From an uncultured delta proteobacterium (GTDB lineage Bacteria > Desulfobacterota > Binatia > UBA9968): 64,000 nucleotides of DNA. The notes below the pieces were generated by a model that worked only from the letters and a program-made list of their open reading frames with translations, searched no databases and was not told the origin of the DNA. Positions within the stretch are counted from its first letter, which is position 1; every line of letters begins with the position of its first letter. The DNA is taken from NCBI GenBank assembly GCA_963804165.1, contig CAWDPO010000010.1, forward strand, positions 96,001 through 160,000, written 5' to 3'. Below, piece by piece: positions 1-10,993 of this stretch. The translations under genes were made by a program, and so were the position numbers.

Positions 1-80
1 ACGAATCCGTGGAATCTAAAATTATCAGCTTATCTACAGGGCCTCAAGGACGGAAATGATAGGCAGCACTGACGTCATAG

Positions 81-1322
81 CTATTTTTGCTGACTTGCCC
101 AGAGGCGCTTGTCATAGTTCGCCACGGCGGGAACCGCCGCGAGCCAGATACAAATGTCCGAGACCGACAATACCAATGCCGACAAGCCAAAGGAAACCAG
201 GTAGCTCCCGGTCCAATCGTGAAACACACCGCCCAGCCATGAGCCCAGCGCGCCGCCCACACCCACGGCAACTGTTGAATAGCCGAGAATCGAGCCAAAA
301 CCCTTTCCGGAGAAAATGTCCGCGGTGAGCGCCGAAAAAATCACCGCGCGCGAGCCGAAGCCGATGCCGAAAAAAATCACATAGACGTAAAGTAACCAGA
401 CTTGACTCGGATCACGTAGAAGCATCAGCGCGCCGACACCGACGATGGTCATCAGGATATTGAGCGTATAGGCGGCCTGCTTCGATAACCGATCGGCGAT
501 AAAGCCGAAAATCACCCTGCCGAAGCTGCTCGTGATACCGGCGAGTCCGAAAATCGAGGCGGACAACAGTTTGCTGAACCCCACGTCCACCACATGAGCG
601 ACCTGATGGGTGACGATAACCGTCGTTCCCGACGCGGCCGCGATGCGCGCGATGAACAGCAGCCAGAACTGCAGGCTCTGCAGCGCCAGGCGCGCGGTCC
701 ATTGATTTTGATTGTCTTTCTTGTCAACTCGGTGTCGCAGATGTTCGCCGTGCGGGCCGTGCTGATAGAAAAGCCAAACGACCGGCAAGAGGCCGACTAA
801 AACGATGGCGGCGAAAATTTCAAAGGTGAAGGCCCAACCGTAGTTGGAAATCAACCACTCGCTAAGCGGCGCGAGGAGCATGATTCCGAGTCCGGTGCCG
901 GCATAGACGAAACCGATCGCCGATGCGCGCTTGGAAGAAAACCATTCAGAGATCAAGAACACATGGGGCACCATGCCGACGAAGGTAAAACCGATAGCGA
1001 GAATAATGCCGAAGCAGACGTACAACTGCCACAGCGCCGTAACTTGACTACTGAGCAAGAGACCGACGACAAGCGTCAGACAGCCGGCGACGGAGATTTT
1101 CTTGGTGCCATAGCGATCCAAGAGATAGCCCACCACCGGCGACAGCAGCGCATCGACGGCGAGCACGACCGAGAATATGCCCGCCGTCGCGCCGCGGCTC
1201 CAGCCAAACGTGTCCAGCAACGCGACATTAAAAACGCCAAAGGAAGAATGAATTCCGCGGGAAAAACCGAGAACGACGAATGCGATCGTAGCGACGATCC
1301 AAGGTGTCGGCGAGAGACGCAT
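81..1322 (-). CDS. MFS transporter (OFA/MCT-like)
   Basis: 413 aa, about 12 hydrophobic segments, MFS motif A (GYLLDRYGTK; GFIADRLSK). Confidence 0.9.
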   Translation of the reverse strand: MRLSPTPWIVATIAFVVLGFSRGIHSSFGVFNVALLDTFGWSRGATAGIFSVVLAVDALLSPVVGYLLDRYGTKKISVAGCLTLVVGLLLSSQVTALWQLYVCFGIILAIGFTFVGMVPHVFLISEWFSSKRASAIGFVYAGTGLGIMLLAPLSEWLISNYGWAFTFEIFAAIVLVGLLPVVWLFYQHGPHGEHLRHRVDKKDNQNQWTARLALQSLQFWLLFIARIAAASGTTVIVTHQVAHVVDVGFSKLLSASIFGLAGITSSFGRVIFGFIADRLSKQAAYTLNILMTIVGVGALMLLRDPSQVWLLYVYVIFFGIGFGSRAVIFSALTADIFSGKGFGSILGYSTVAVGVGGALGSWLGGVFHDWTGSYLVSFGLSALVLSVSDICIWLAAVPAVANYDKRLWASQQK

Positions 1323-1524
1323 GTTGAAGAAGATCTCCTCTGATTAGCAGAGACCCTAGAGAGCCACAAGGCGATCAAGAACTCGGCGCAAAAAGACGCG
1401 TCGGCAAAAAATCTCCACGGCGTCCATTGCCCAGGCCTCGATTGAAATAAGGCTGCGCTGCATGAAAGGCGCAATGATTAAGTTGTGTTTTGTCCGGGCT
1501 GCGCTTATCCTATGCAAGCGAGTT

Positions 1525-2367
1525 ATGAAGTCTTCTCGTTTGGCGGTCGCGCTCCTGTTCATGGCGGCCTGCGCGACCTTAGAGTCGCAAAGCGATTTCT
1601 TGACCGGGCGACGCGCGTTATTGCGCGGCGAGCCTGATAACGCGCTCTCTGCCTTCGATCGAGTCGCACAGAGTAATGCCAGCTTTGTTGCCGGTTCGGT
1701 GTCGCCAAGACGGAGCATTTGGACTTATATCGGGCGCGCGCACTACAATTCCGGCAGATACGCTGAAGCCAAGGCTGCGTTTGAAAAAGCCCTGTCCCAA
1801 CTAAGCGACGATCATGTCGCAAGATTATATCTCGGCTTGACGCTCCTGCATCCACCCGCTCCGCGCGCGCCGACCAAAGCTTTCAGCTTGCAAGAAGTGA
1901 CTTACGCTCTGCGCGAAGGCGTCGAGCCCAAGAGAGTCGCAACGTTGGCACGCGAGCGCGGCGTCGCGTTTGATTTAACTAAAGAAACCGAAAGCCAATT
2001 GCAAACCGTCGGCGCCGACCAACTACTCCTGAGCGAGCTCAGAAACATTCGGGCGCAGAGTGCCAAACAAAACCAGACAGGCGAAAACCAGAGGGCTCAA
2101 GCCGGCAAAGAACTGACCGCCGCACTGACGGGGTTGCGCGATTGGCTCGACTATACGGTTGCGTACACGCCGCAGGGAAAGTTCTGGGATCCGTCGGAGC
2201 AGATTCGCAAGCAGATCGCGCTCTCTCTCAAGCTGGTCGGGGCTCAGCCGACAGATTGGGTGAGCCTGATTTCAAATGCCGAATCGGTCGGTTCCATGCT
2301 CGAAGAAGAAAACGATCGGGCGCGCCGCGATGAATCCGCGGAACGCGAACGGCAGTTAAGACGATAG
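1525..2367 (+). CDS. TPR-containing lipoprotein
   Basis: ATG at 1525 gives signal peptide with lipobox (LLFMAA-C); TPR consensus WTYIGRAHYNSGRYAEAKAAFEKALSQ..ARLYLG. Confidence 0.8.
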   Translation: MKSSRLAVALLFMAACATLESQSDFLTGRRALLRGEPDNALSAFDRVAQSNASFVAGSVSPRRSIWTYIGRAHYNSGRYAEAKAAFEKALSQLSDDHVARLYLGLTLLHPPAPRAPTKAFSLQEVTYALREGVEPKRVATLARERGVAFDLTKETESQLQTVGADQLLLSELRNIRAQSAKQNQTGENQRAQAGKELTAALTGLRDWLDYTVAYTPQGKFWDPSEQIRKQIALSLKLVGAQPTDWVSLISNAESVGSMLEEENDRARRDESAERERQLRR

Positions 2368-2393
2368 CCCGATTTGCCTGCGGCGGCGATGGA

Positions 2394-3845
2394 TCAACAA
2401 TCGAGCTTGCTGCCCAAGGCCTTCTCGGCATTGCAAGCCCGTCTCGTCTGATCGATCTCTTTGCGAATAACCTCATCCAGACCGGCGATGGCTTTAGCTT
2501 TTTCTAATTCCGCCAGGGCGGCAGCGTAGTTTCCTTGCTCGCGCAACGATTCAGCGCGATTGATGTAGGCCGCGATTCGCGCTTTCGTTTGCTCCGTCAC
2601 AGCCGGCGGAGGGACAGAATTTGGTTCATGAGTTTTCTCTGGCTTGGTTTGCGGTTGGGTGGTCTTTTGGGACTCTTTGATCAATAACGTAAGCGGGGAG
2701 CTGCGAAGATTTCCGGCACGGGCGACAATTTCAACCTTTCCCGGTCGCAGCGCGACCAGTTCGCCGTCGGCATTTACCGACGCCACCGCGTGATCACTAA
2801 GCTGCCACTCGAATCCGTCGGACAGAAACTTCTCAGCATTATCGGAGTATCGCCCGCTCACGCGTATCGAGACCTTCTGTTTTGTAAATAACTCTCTGTT
2901 GCTCGAGCTGAGGCGTAAAGCGACCAACTTTATCGGTACGACGGATTTGGGCGGCGGCTCGACAGCCTTCACGCTGAGACTCCACTGAGAACTCGCAACG
3001 TTGCCAACCTTGGCTAAAATAACCGTTGTCCCGGCTTTCAACGCTCTCACTTCACCTGCTTCGCTGATCGTCGCCACGCCGGGGGCGCTGCTCGACCAAT
3101 CTATCCCTTCTATAATGTCATGCTGCTTGCCATCTGAATAACTTGCCGTCACTACTAATTTTGCCGTTTCCGACGGTTTCAGTTCCTTCTTATCACCTCG
3201 AATCACAAGGCTGTTGATACTCGGAGCCGGAGCGATTTTCGCGCCGACTCCGTCGACCACGGGCGGCCGTGCCGCCTGTTCCTCTTCCCGCGGACTCGTC
3301 CATAATTGCCATGCAGCGATGAGCAAAACAGCAGCTACCCCGGCCAGCCCTAGTTTCAGCCAATGCGCGGCAAGCCATGGACTCTCAGGCAACCGTCTTT
3401 TAATTTTTTGCGACACCAGAAGATCGTCTGGCTGCACGGGTTTTTCGCGGGAGGTGCCCAAAATCGACTTGAGGTCGGCAAGGAATGTCTGCGCGGCTGG
3501 ATCGTCGATCGTACCGTCCCAATTTGCAAGGTCGGCCGCCTGAATGGCCCTGAACCCTATGGGGGGTTCGACTCGCTGTATTAAAACCGGAACAATTGTC
3601 TTGCCGAGTCGACGTGCCTCCTCAGCTTCTTCAGTTACCCACGGGCTCTCTACTGAGTCCTTCGACCAAAGAACAACCATGCAGCGCATGTCTTTCAGCG
3701 CGTCTTCGAGAACCGATCGCCAGGTGCGGCCTGCAGGGATACGCCGATCCCACCAGACCTGCCAGCCCGCCGATTCCAGAACCTGCGCCAGTCGAGCCGC
3801 AGATTCCCTGTTTTCGTTTGCGTAGCTGATGAAAATGTCGGCCAT
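2394..3845 (-). CDS. TIR domain - transmembrane - two Ig-like (Big_2) - TPR protein
   Basis: N-terminal TIR_2 motifs DIFISYA, WWDRRIPAG, VVLWSKDSVESPWVTEEA; TM WLKLGLAGVAAVLLIAAWQLW; two Big_2-type repeats (WSSSAPGVATISEAGEVRALKAG; WQLSDHAVASVNADGELVALRPG); C-terminal TPR-like helix pair. Confidence 0.85.
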   Translation of the reverse strand: MADIFISYANENRESAARLAQVLESAGWQVWWDRRIPAGRTWRSVLEDALKDMRCMVVLWSKDSVESPWVTEEAEEARRLGKTIVPVLIQRVEPPIGFRAIQAADLANWDGTIDDPAAQTFLADLKSILGTSREKPVQPDDLLVSQKIKRRLPESPWLAAHWLKLGLAGVAAVLLIAAWQLWTSPREEEQAARPPVVDGVGAKIAPAPSINSLVIRGDKKELKPSETAKLVVTASYSDGKQHDIIEGIDWSSSAPGVATISEAGEVRALKAGTTVILAKVGNVASSQWSLSVKAVEPPPKSVVPIKLVALRLSSSNRELFTKQKVSIRVSGRYSDNAEKFLSDGFEWQLSDHAVASVNADGELVALRPGKVEIVARAGNLRSSPLTLLIKESQKTTQPQTKPEKTHEPNSVPPPAVTEQTKARIAAYINRAESLREQGNYAAALAELEKAKAIAGLDEVIRKEIDQTRRACNAEKALGSKLDC

Positions 3846-4302
3846 GAGTCTACGGCCTGCCCGTTATCCCAATGCAAATTTTCCGTCGTGAAATGGCCAG
3901 ATTAACGTCGGACACAAAATGCGTAGATGCCAAATCTGGACGGGATGAGTTTATCAAATCTTGGAGAATTTGTAATCGGAAATCCCAGGATCGTCGCAGA
4001 TCTGATGGCCAGTGATCTGTAACCGCGTGAACCCGTCAGCGTGAACATGAAGCTCAGACCGTTAAGTTTTTTCAATCTCGATTCCGGAGCTTAGCGCATT
4101 CCCGAGAAATTCTTGGGCAAATTTAACCACAGAAACTGGCCCCGCGAGAAAGGCCGCACAGGCGAATTGGGACCCTGTTACAAGGAGAAAACGATGCGTC
4201 TGGAAAATAAGCAGACGGGCGAATTTTGGCCGGCGCAATTTGACCGCGTCCCGATAACGGTGATAAACCGTCGATCATCGATCATCTTCGAAGGAGTTTC
4301 CG

Positions 4303-5784
4303 ATGGCGAATTCAGGCCTGCAAACCGATATGGTCATCATTGGCGGCGGCGGCGCGGGAATACCGGCGGCGATAGAGGCCGATAAGGCCGGCGCCAAGGC
4401 CATCGTTTTGGAGGCCGCAGCGGAATGCGGCGGCACCGCAGCCATTTCCGGCGGCGGTTGCTGCATCGTCGGCACGCCGCTGCAGAAATCTCAGGGAATC
4501 GAAGACACGCCCGATCTTGCCTTCGAAGATTGGGTCAAGTGGGGCGGCGGCGCTGCAGACGAAATCTGGGCGCGCTTTTATCTCGAACATACTTTGCACG
4601 ATCTTTATCACTGGGCCGAGAGCTGCGGCGCGAAATGGGTCGATATGAAATTTCAGGAAGGCAATCGCGTGATGCGCTGGCACCGGCCGGATAACAATGG
4701 TCTTGGCTTGATGACCGCGCTGATCAAAACCGCGCAGGCACTGCCGAATGTCACGATCATGACCTCGACCAAAGCGGGCAAACTGCTGACGCAAGACGGC
4801 CGCGTTTGCGGCGTCAGCGCGACCAGGAACGGCGAGGCATTTGAAATTCGCAGCAAAGCTGTCCTCGTCGCCACCGGCGGTTTCAACTCGAATCTTGACA
4901 TGGTATTGGAGCACCGGCCCGAGTTTAAAAAATTCAAGGTCATGGAAGGCTCAGGTTTCGGCGCCAAGGGCGAAGGCTACAAGATGATAAACGAGCTTGG
5001 CGGCTATTTCACTCACATGGACTGTATATGGTTTTACGTTTACGCCACGCCGGATTACCGCGATCCACAACAAAGACGCGGCTTGGTCTTCCGTCAGGTG
5101 CCCGGTTACATCTGGTTTAATCAACAAGGGCGGCGCTTTCATAATGAATCGGTCACCGGGGGCGCTTCTGCGACACCGGCACTGTTAAAACAAAATCCGC
5201 CACACGCCTGGGCGCTCGCCGATACACCCATGTTGGACAAGATCGATGTTGCCGATCCGTATTATCGCCGCGGCGATGTCATTGACCGCGCGAAGGTCGA
5301 CGAACTGCTGAACAATTCACCATTTATAAAGAAGGCCGACACTCTCGAAGAACTCGGCAAGAAAACCGGCGTCGAAGACCTCAATAATTTTCTCGCTGAG
5401 ATCATCGAGTACAACAAGTGTTTTGATGCCGGAGGAGAACGAGAGCCGAAGTTCGGCAAGTCACTCAAGGGCTCAAAGAAATTCGACACACCGCCCTACT
5501 ACGCGATCGAAATTTTTCCGCTGGCGCGGAAAAATTTCGGTGGCGTAAAGACCGATCTGCGCTGCCGGGTGCTCAACAAATATTTTGAACCGATTCCCGG
5601 TTTATACGCCGCGGGCGAAGTTGCCGGCATGGCCGGCGGGCATATCAACGGCAAGGCGGGATTGGAAGGAACGATGCTCGGGCCGTCGATCTTCAGCGGC
5701 CGTGTCGCCGGCGCTTGGGCGGCCAACGAGGCCGGTTTCGGTCCTGGCTTCATCGGCAAACCGAACCGGCCGGAGTTGGATTAA
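4303..5784 (+). CDS. FAD-dependent oxidoreductase (FAD_binding_2; flavocytochrome c / KsdD-like)
   Basis: IIGGGGAG dinucleotide motif, GGTAAISGGG, VLVATGGF, GLYAAGEVAG, LEGTMLGPSIFSGR; SD GAAGGAG upstream. Confidence 0.85.
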   Translation: MANSGLQTDMVIIGGGGAGIPAAIEADKAGAKAIVLEAAAECGGTAAISGGGCCIVGTPLQKSQGIEDTPDLAFEDWVKWGGGAADEIWARFYLEHTLHDLYHWAESCGAKWVDMKFQEGNRVMRWHRPDNNGLGLMTALIKTAQALPNVTIMTSTKAGKLLTQDGRVCGVSATRNGEAFEIRSKAVLVATGGFNSNLDMVLEHRPEFKKFKVMEGSGFGAKGEGYKMINELGGYFTHMDCIWFYVYATPDYRDPQQRRGLVFRQVPGYIWFNQQGRRFHNESVTGGASATPALLKQNPPHAWALADTPMLDKIDVADPYYRRGDVIDRAKVDELLNNSPFIKKADTLEELGKKTGVEDLNNFLAEIIEYNKCFDAGGEREPKFGKSLKGSKKFDTPPYYAIEIFPLARKNFGGVKTDLRCRVLNKYFEPIPGLYAAGEVAGMAGGHINGKAGLEGTMLGPSIFSGRVAGAWAANEAGFGPGFIGKPNRPELD

Positions 5785-5795
5785 AATATAAAGCC

Positions 5796-5854
5796 GGTCA
5801 AGGGTTCAAGGTTCAAGGCTTCCGGACTCCGACATTGAACCTTGAACTCTGAAC
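5796..5854. repeat. Inverted repeat built of GTTCAAG/TTGAAC units
   Basis: GTTCAAGGTTCAA (5804-5816) is the exact reverse complement of TTGAACCTTGAAC (5835-5847). Confidence 0.8.
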
Positions 5855-5885
5855 GCCAGCTAAAAATGTTGCGCTCCCGTGAATT

Positions 5886-5935
5886 CCCCCACCTCTTTCC
5901 TCCCCGACGTCGTGGGGGAGGATGTAAGGAGGGGG
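5886..5935. repeat. REP-like GC-rich palindrome
   Basis: CCCCCACCTCTTTCCTCCCC-GACGTCGT-GGGGGAGGATGTAAGGAGGGGG, an imperfect hairpin in the intergenic region. Confidence 0.6.
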
Positions 5936-5966
5936 CTTGAACGACTTGAACCAATAATCATTGAAC

Positions 5967-8385
5967 ATGACCATGCCCAATATTGCTGATTCACAAAAGA
6001 CGACGCATTCGGTTCGCGGCTACTGCGCGCTCTGCACGGCGCACTGCGCAACGGTCGCGACGGTTGAAGATGGCCGCGTGACGCAACTCGATCCAGATCA
6101 TGATCATCCCAACGGCGGGGTCATGTGTATCAAAGGCAAAGCCGCGCCTGAGCTCGTCTACAATCCCGATCGGCTCAATTACCCGCTCAAGCGCACCCGA
6201 CCCAAAGGTGATGCCGATCCCGGTTGGCAGAGAGTTAGTTGGAATGAAGCGCTTGACGATATCGCGCGGGAGACTGACAGCCATTCGCGAGCAGTACGGC
6301 GCCAAATCCATTGCGCTGGCGAAAGGCACCAAGAGCGGCACTTCCGTTGACGATGCTGAACGCTGGTTGGGACGGTTGCTTTATCTCATCGGCAGTCCAA
6401 ATTGGGTGTCGACCACGCACGTCTGCAACTGGCACAGGGATACCGGCTTCAGCTATACCTTCGGAACGATCCTTCCCAGGCCGGATTTCGCCCATAGTAA
6501 AACCTTTCTCCTATGGGGCCATAACCCGAGCGCCACCTCGTTGATCGCGGCTCACGACATCGTTGCAGCCAGGGCCCGCGGGATGAAGACCGTCGTCGTC
6601 GATCCCCGCCGGGTCGGCATCGGCGCCAACGCCGACATGCTGCTGCAAGTGCGGCCCGGCGCGGACGGCGCTTTGGCGCTGGCGCTGATCCACTGCTTGA
6701 TGGAAGAAGGCTGGTACGACGCCACCTTCGCTCGTCAGTGGACCAACGGAATCTTTCTGCTGAATTATACGACCGGACAAATCGTCACCGAAGCCGATCT
6801 GACGACGGGCGGGAGTTCGAACCATTTTGCGGTGTGGGATGAAAACAGGAATCAAGTCGCACTATGGGATCCGACGGCGGGCGGATATGACGCCGACGGA
6901 GTGCAGCCCGCTCTTTTCGGCATTCGGTCGTTGAAGGCAAAAAACGGAAAGGAAATTTCCTGCAAGCCGGTCTTCGAGCGATTGGGCGAGCTCGCATCCG
7001 CCTACGCGCCTGAAAAATCCGAAAAGATCACCTGGGTGGCGGCCGACAAAGTCTGGCAGACCGCCCTGCTGCTCGCGCATAACCGGCCGGTCAACATGTA
7101 TATGTGGAACGGCGTCGGCCAGCACACCAACGCCACTCAGACGAGCCGCGCCATCGCGACTCTGTACGCGCTGCTCGGCGATTTCGACCGCCAAGGCGGC
7201 AATGTAATTTTCCCGAAGGTGCCGCTCAACGAGGTCGACGGCAAGGAATTTTTGCCCAAAGAAACCGCGGCGCTCCGTATTGGCCGCGAACGTAAACCCC
7301 TCGGGCCTCCGGCTTCGCCCGGTAACTGCGCAGCCTACGACATCTATACGGCGATTCTTGAGAAGCACCCCTATCCGATCCAAGCGCTTTTGAATTTCGG
7401 CTCCAACACGGTCATGTCTTCCGGTGACTCGCGCGCCGGCCGCAAGGCGCTCTGCGCTTTGGAGTTCGGCGTCGCCGTGGAGCTGTTTATGACGCCGACA
7501 GCGGAACTTTGCGACTACGTCTTGCCCGCCACTAGTTTCCTCGAAATGGCCAGCCTCGCAACCGGCTTCGAGCACCGCGCCGAGGCCAAGACCCATCTTC
7601 AATATCGCGCTGCCGTGGTGGAACCCATTGCCGAGCGGCGCTCGGACACCTGGATCATCTTCCAATTGGCTGAGCGGCTCGGTCTCGGTGACCAGTTCTG
7701 GCACGGCGACATCGAGGCCAGTTACGCCTACGAGCTGACGCCGTCAGGAATTACGCTGGAGCAGCTGAAAAATTCTCCTGGTGGCATCTCCAGGCCCGCC
7801 GCGCCGATCTATGAAAAGCACGCCAAACCAAACAAAGACGGCTCACGGCGCGGCTTTGCCACGCCGACCAAGAAAGTCGAGCTCTACTGTCACAGGTTCG
7901 CCGCCCACGGCTACCCGGCGCTGCCGGAATATGTCGAGCCGGCTATGAGCCCGATCAGCAAGCCGGAACATCGCTGCCGAATTCCCGCTTGTGCTCACCA
8001 ACGCTAAGTTCACCACCTATCGTGCATAGCCAACAGCGTGCGCTGCCCGAGCCTTGCGCAAAGCGTCGCCCGAACCGAGCGCCGATATTCATCCCGAGAC
8101 CGCGCGCCGTTACGGCGTGAAAAACAAAGAAATGGATGGTCGTGGAAAGCCCGCGTGGCGCGATCAAGAGTCAAGGCCCGAGTCACGACAAATATCGTTC
8201 CCGGCGTCGTCTGTTGCCAGCATGGCTGGTGGCAGGAGTGCAAGGAGATGGAGCTGCCCGGTTACAATCCCTACGAATCGAGCGGCGCCAATCCCGGTAC
8301 ACTGATCGGCACCGACCTCGCCGATCCGATGAGCGGATCCCTGCCGCATCGTTCTTATCTCTGTCGCGTTCGTGCGGCTGAATAA
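5967..8385 (+). CDS. Molybdopterin (bis-MGD) oxidoreductase, DMSO reductase family, frameshifted
   Basis: N-terminal 4Fe-4S motif CALCTAHC..CIKG, PDRLNYPLKR, VVVDPR, ELFMTPTAELCDYVLPA, C-terminal molydop_binding domain (IHPETA..HGWWQ); split over several frames (breaks near 6270 and 7970-8170). Confidence 0.85.
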
Positions 8386-8398
8386 AAAAATCGCAGAG

Positions 8399-9112
8399 CT
8401 ATAAATTGGCGGCTTTGAGATCGGCAAGTAGATCCGCTACGATATCGGCCGGGCCCTGGTCCCAGCCCTTGACCAAAGCCTCCGGTGATCTTTCACTGAG
8501 CGGCACCGATTTTTCATAGCGCTTTTGCAAGCTGACGCCGGAAACAGTGGGATTTTCGTTGTATAAGAAAAATTCTATTTCTAAAACTGCCGCTGGCCGG
8601 CTCGGGTTGCGAAAGTCGCCGTAGAGCGCGTTGATCGATCCTTCCAAGACATAATTCGGTTGCAGCGGATTCGACGGCCCGACGACATATTTGAACAATT
8701 CGCGAGGCGGCGAGCCCTTTGCGCAACTCTTCGCCGATCATCGAGTCCGGGGCGGTAAGAAACTGATTGTAAAAATCGGCCTCGTACGCCGCCGTCCGAG
8801 GTGCGGTAGACAAAACTTTTATCGGCGTAGCGCGGCGAGATGCGCAGATTTACCACCGACAGGATGCGATCGCTTATCGAATTCGGAGACGTTGCCCGGG
8901 GCGAGCTCAAGCGCAAAGTAACGCCGATCGGGATAGCTTTTTTCCAAGCTGACGCAGCCAGTCAAGAAAATCATCAGCAACAACGCGCCGCGCTGGATTC
9001 GCCATTTAGGCCCGGCGAATAGTGGCAGAAGCGCGCGCGCAGCCTTTATCGAAGCACGAATGGACAAGTTTAAATGGTTTTTACGATTCACTCGTCTGAA
9101 CAGCCGGTTCAT
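8399..9112 (-). CDS. ABC-type transport auxiliary lipoprotein (PqiC-like), frameshifted
   Basis: Lipobox IFLTG-C, YEADFYNQFLTAP, LEGSINALYGDFR; pieces in several frames; last gene of the MCE operon. Confidence 0.7.
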
Positions 9113-10169
9113 CGTTGCATGGCTTTCGACGGCGGCGGCGGCGCGCCGAACAGCACCTGGGACGGATATTTTTTTGAGTTGTCGGTGATCTCTTTCATGT
9201 TGTCGGAGACCGCGCGCAAATTGTCCATGGTCTTTTCGATGTCGCGCTGTTGGTTGGCGATCAAGCGATTCATGCGTTGAATGGTTTGGCGCAATTGGCC
9301 GCTGGTCTCGGGCAGATCGGTCGCAACCGAATCCAAGCGCTTGACCAGGCGGTTCAGGCTCTCGGTCGCTTGGGGCAGATCGGTCAGCATTTGATTGACC
9401 GGCTTTTCCGCGCGCTCGATGATCTGCCGCGCTCGGCCCGCCCTTGCCGAAGCGTCGGCGATGGCGGATTTGAGCTCCGGATTGCTCACGAGGGTGTTTA
9501 TTTGCCGGTTGGTCTCGCGCAGCTCGTTCAGTAGGGCATTGGCCTGTCCACCGATCTTATCGAGATTGGCGTTCTCCGCAAGGTTGGTCATGGCCACGAG
9601 CGACTTATCGATAGTCTGGCTGAGTTGAGCAATATCGATGTCGCTGAAGTTGCGCAAAATGCGTTCCACGGCCTCACTCAACTGTGTGATCCGGCTGCGC
9701 GTCGACGGAATATATGGATAATCGGGTTGCCAATCAATTTCCAGCGGCGGATTGCGTTCCGGGTCCAGAGTAGTCCGCTTCCAAATAGGCGACTCCGGTC
9801 AAACCTTGCGGCGCTATGCGAATGCGAAAGCCGCGATCGAGCGCCTGCTTTAGCTGGCGACTTCTCGGATCAGTTGACCGGAAACTGAAACATGTTGGAC
9901 GAGATCGACACGCGCACCAGCACATACTGACGCTGCGTCGAGTATTCCGCGCTGGTCAGCGAAATCTGTTCGACCCTGCCCACGGGTACGCCGCGAAATT
10001 TTACCGGCGAGCCGACGTCCAGTCCCTGCACGGATTCGTCGATATAGGTCTCGACCATACTCTTTTTCTGAAAGATCGTGCCGACGCCGAGCACGACGAC
10101 GCCAATGACGCCGATCACGATGGCGCTGATGACAAAGACTCCGATTTTGAAGTAACTAAGTTTTTCCAT
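9109..10169 (-). CDS. MlaD/MCE family protein, frameshifted
   Basis: N-terminal TM, ESVQGLDVGSPVKFRGVPVGRV MCE motif, QGLTGVAYLE, coiled-coil tail ending YPSQVLFGAPPP. Confidence 0.85.
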
Positions 10170-10184
10170 CCGCTAGAATGCCGG

Positions 10185-10993
10185 TTAACCGATCACGAGC
10201 CCGGCGTCCGCGTCAATTTTCCGCTCGACGCTTGCCTGGAAAAGAATTGACGAACTCGAGGGTCGTCGCTGTGATCGCGCAAGCTCCTGGGGATTGCCCA
10301 TGGCGATAATGCCCTTCTCTTGTTTATCCAACATAATCACCCGATCCGCAATCGTGAAGATACTTGGCAGCTCATGGGTAACCACGACGAAAGTGATTTT
10401 CAAACTGCGCGCCAGGCTTAAAACCAATTGATCCAGTTCCGCGGAAGTGATCGGATCCAAACCGGCCGACAGCTCGTCGAGAAACAACATGCCGCGGGTC
10501 GAGCGCCATGGCGCGCGCGATGGCGCCTCGTTTCTGCATCCCGCCGCTCAGCTCCGACGGCATGCGACCCGCCGACGCCGCCTAAACCCACTGCTTGCAG
10601 CTTCATCAGCGCGATCAAGCGAATCGCTTCCGGCGGCAGGTCGGTAAACTCTTCCAGCGGCAGAGCGACGTTTTCGAGCAGGGTCATCGATCCGAACAAC
10701 GCGCCACTTTGATACATCACGCCGAACTTTCGCAGAATCTTCGCCGCGCCTCCGCCCTGCAGCCGCGGCAATATCTTCGCCGTCGATTAGGATCCTGCCC
10801 GCTGCCGGCTTATAAAGACCGATCATATGTTTGAGCAACGTGCTCTTGCCCGAGCCGGAACCGCCCAAGTATGGCGAACACTTCGCCGGCGTAGACTTCG
10901 AAATTGATATGGTCGAGCACAACCTGTCCGTCATAGGCAGCCTTGAAGTTTTCCACGTGAATGATCGTCTCGCTGCTCGGGTGCCGTCGCCAT
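10185..10993 (-). CDS. MlaF-like ABC ATPase, frameshifted
   Basis: Walker [10 protein letters not shown]-loop MYQSGALF, signature LSGGMQKR, Walker B LFLDE, VTHE; split into several frames. Confidence 0.85.

Noticed and set aside
4194-4385. ORF with strong SD (AAGGAG) overlapping the FAD oxidoreductase start
   Set aside because: No recognisable motif, it overlaps a real gene out of frame, and it spans that gene's likely promoter
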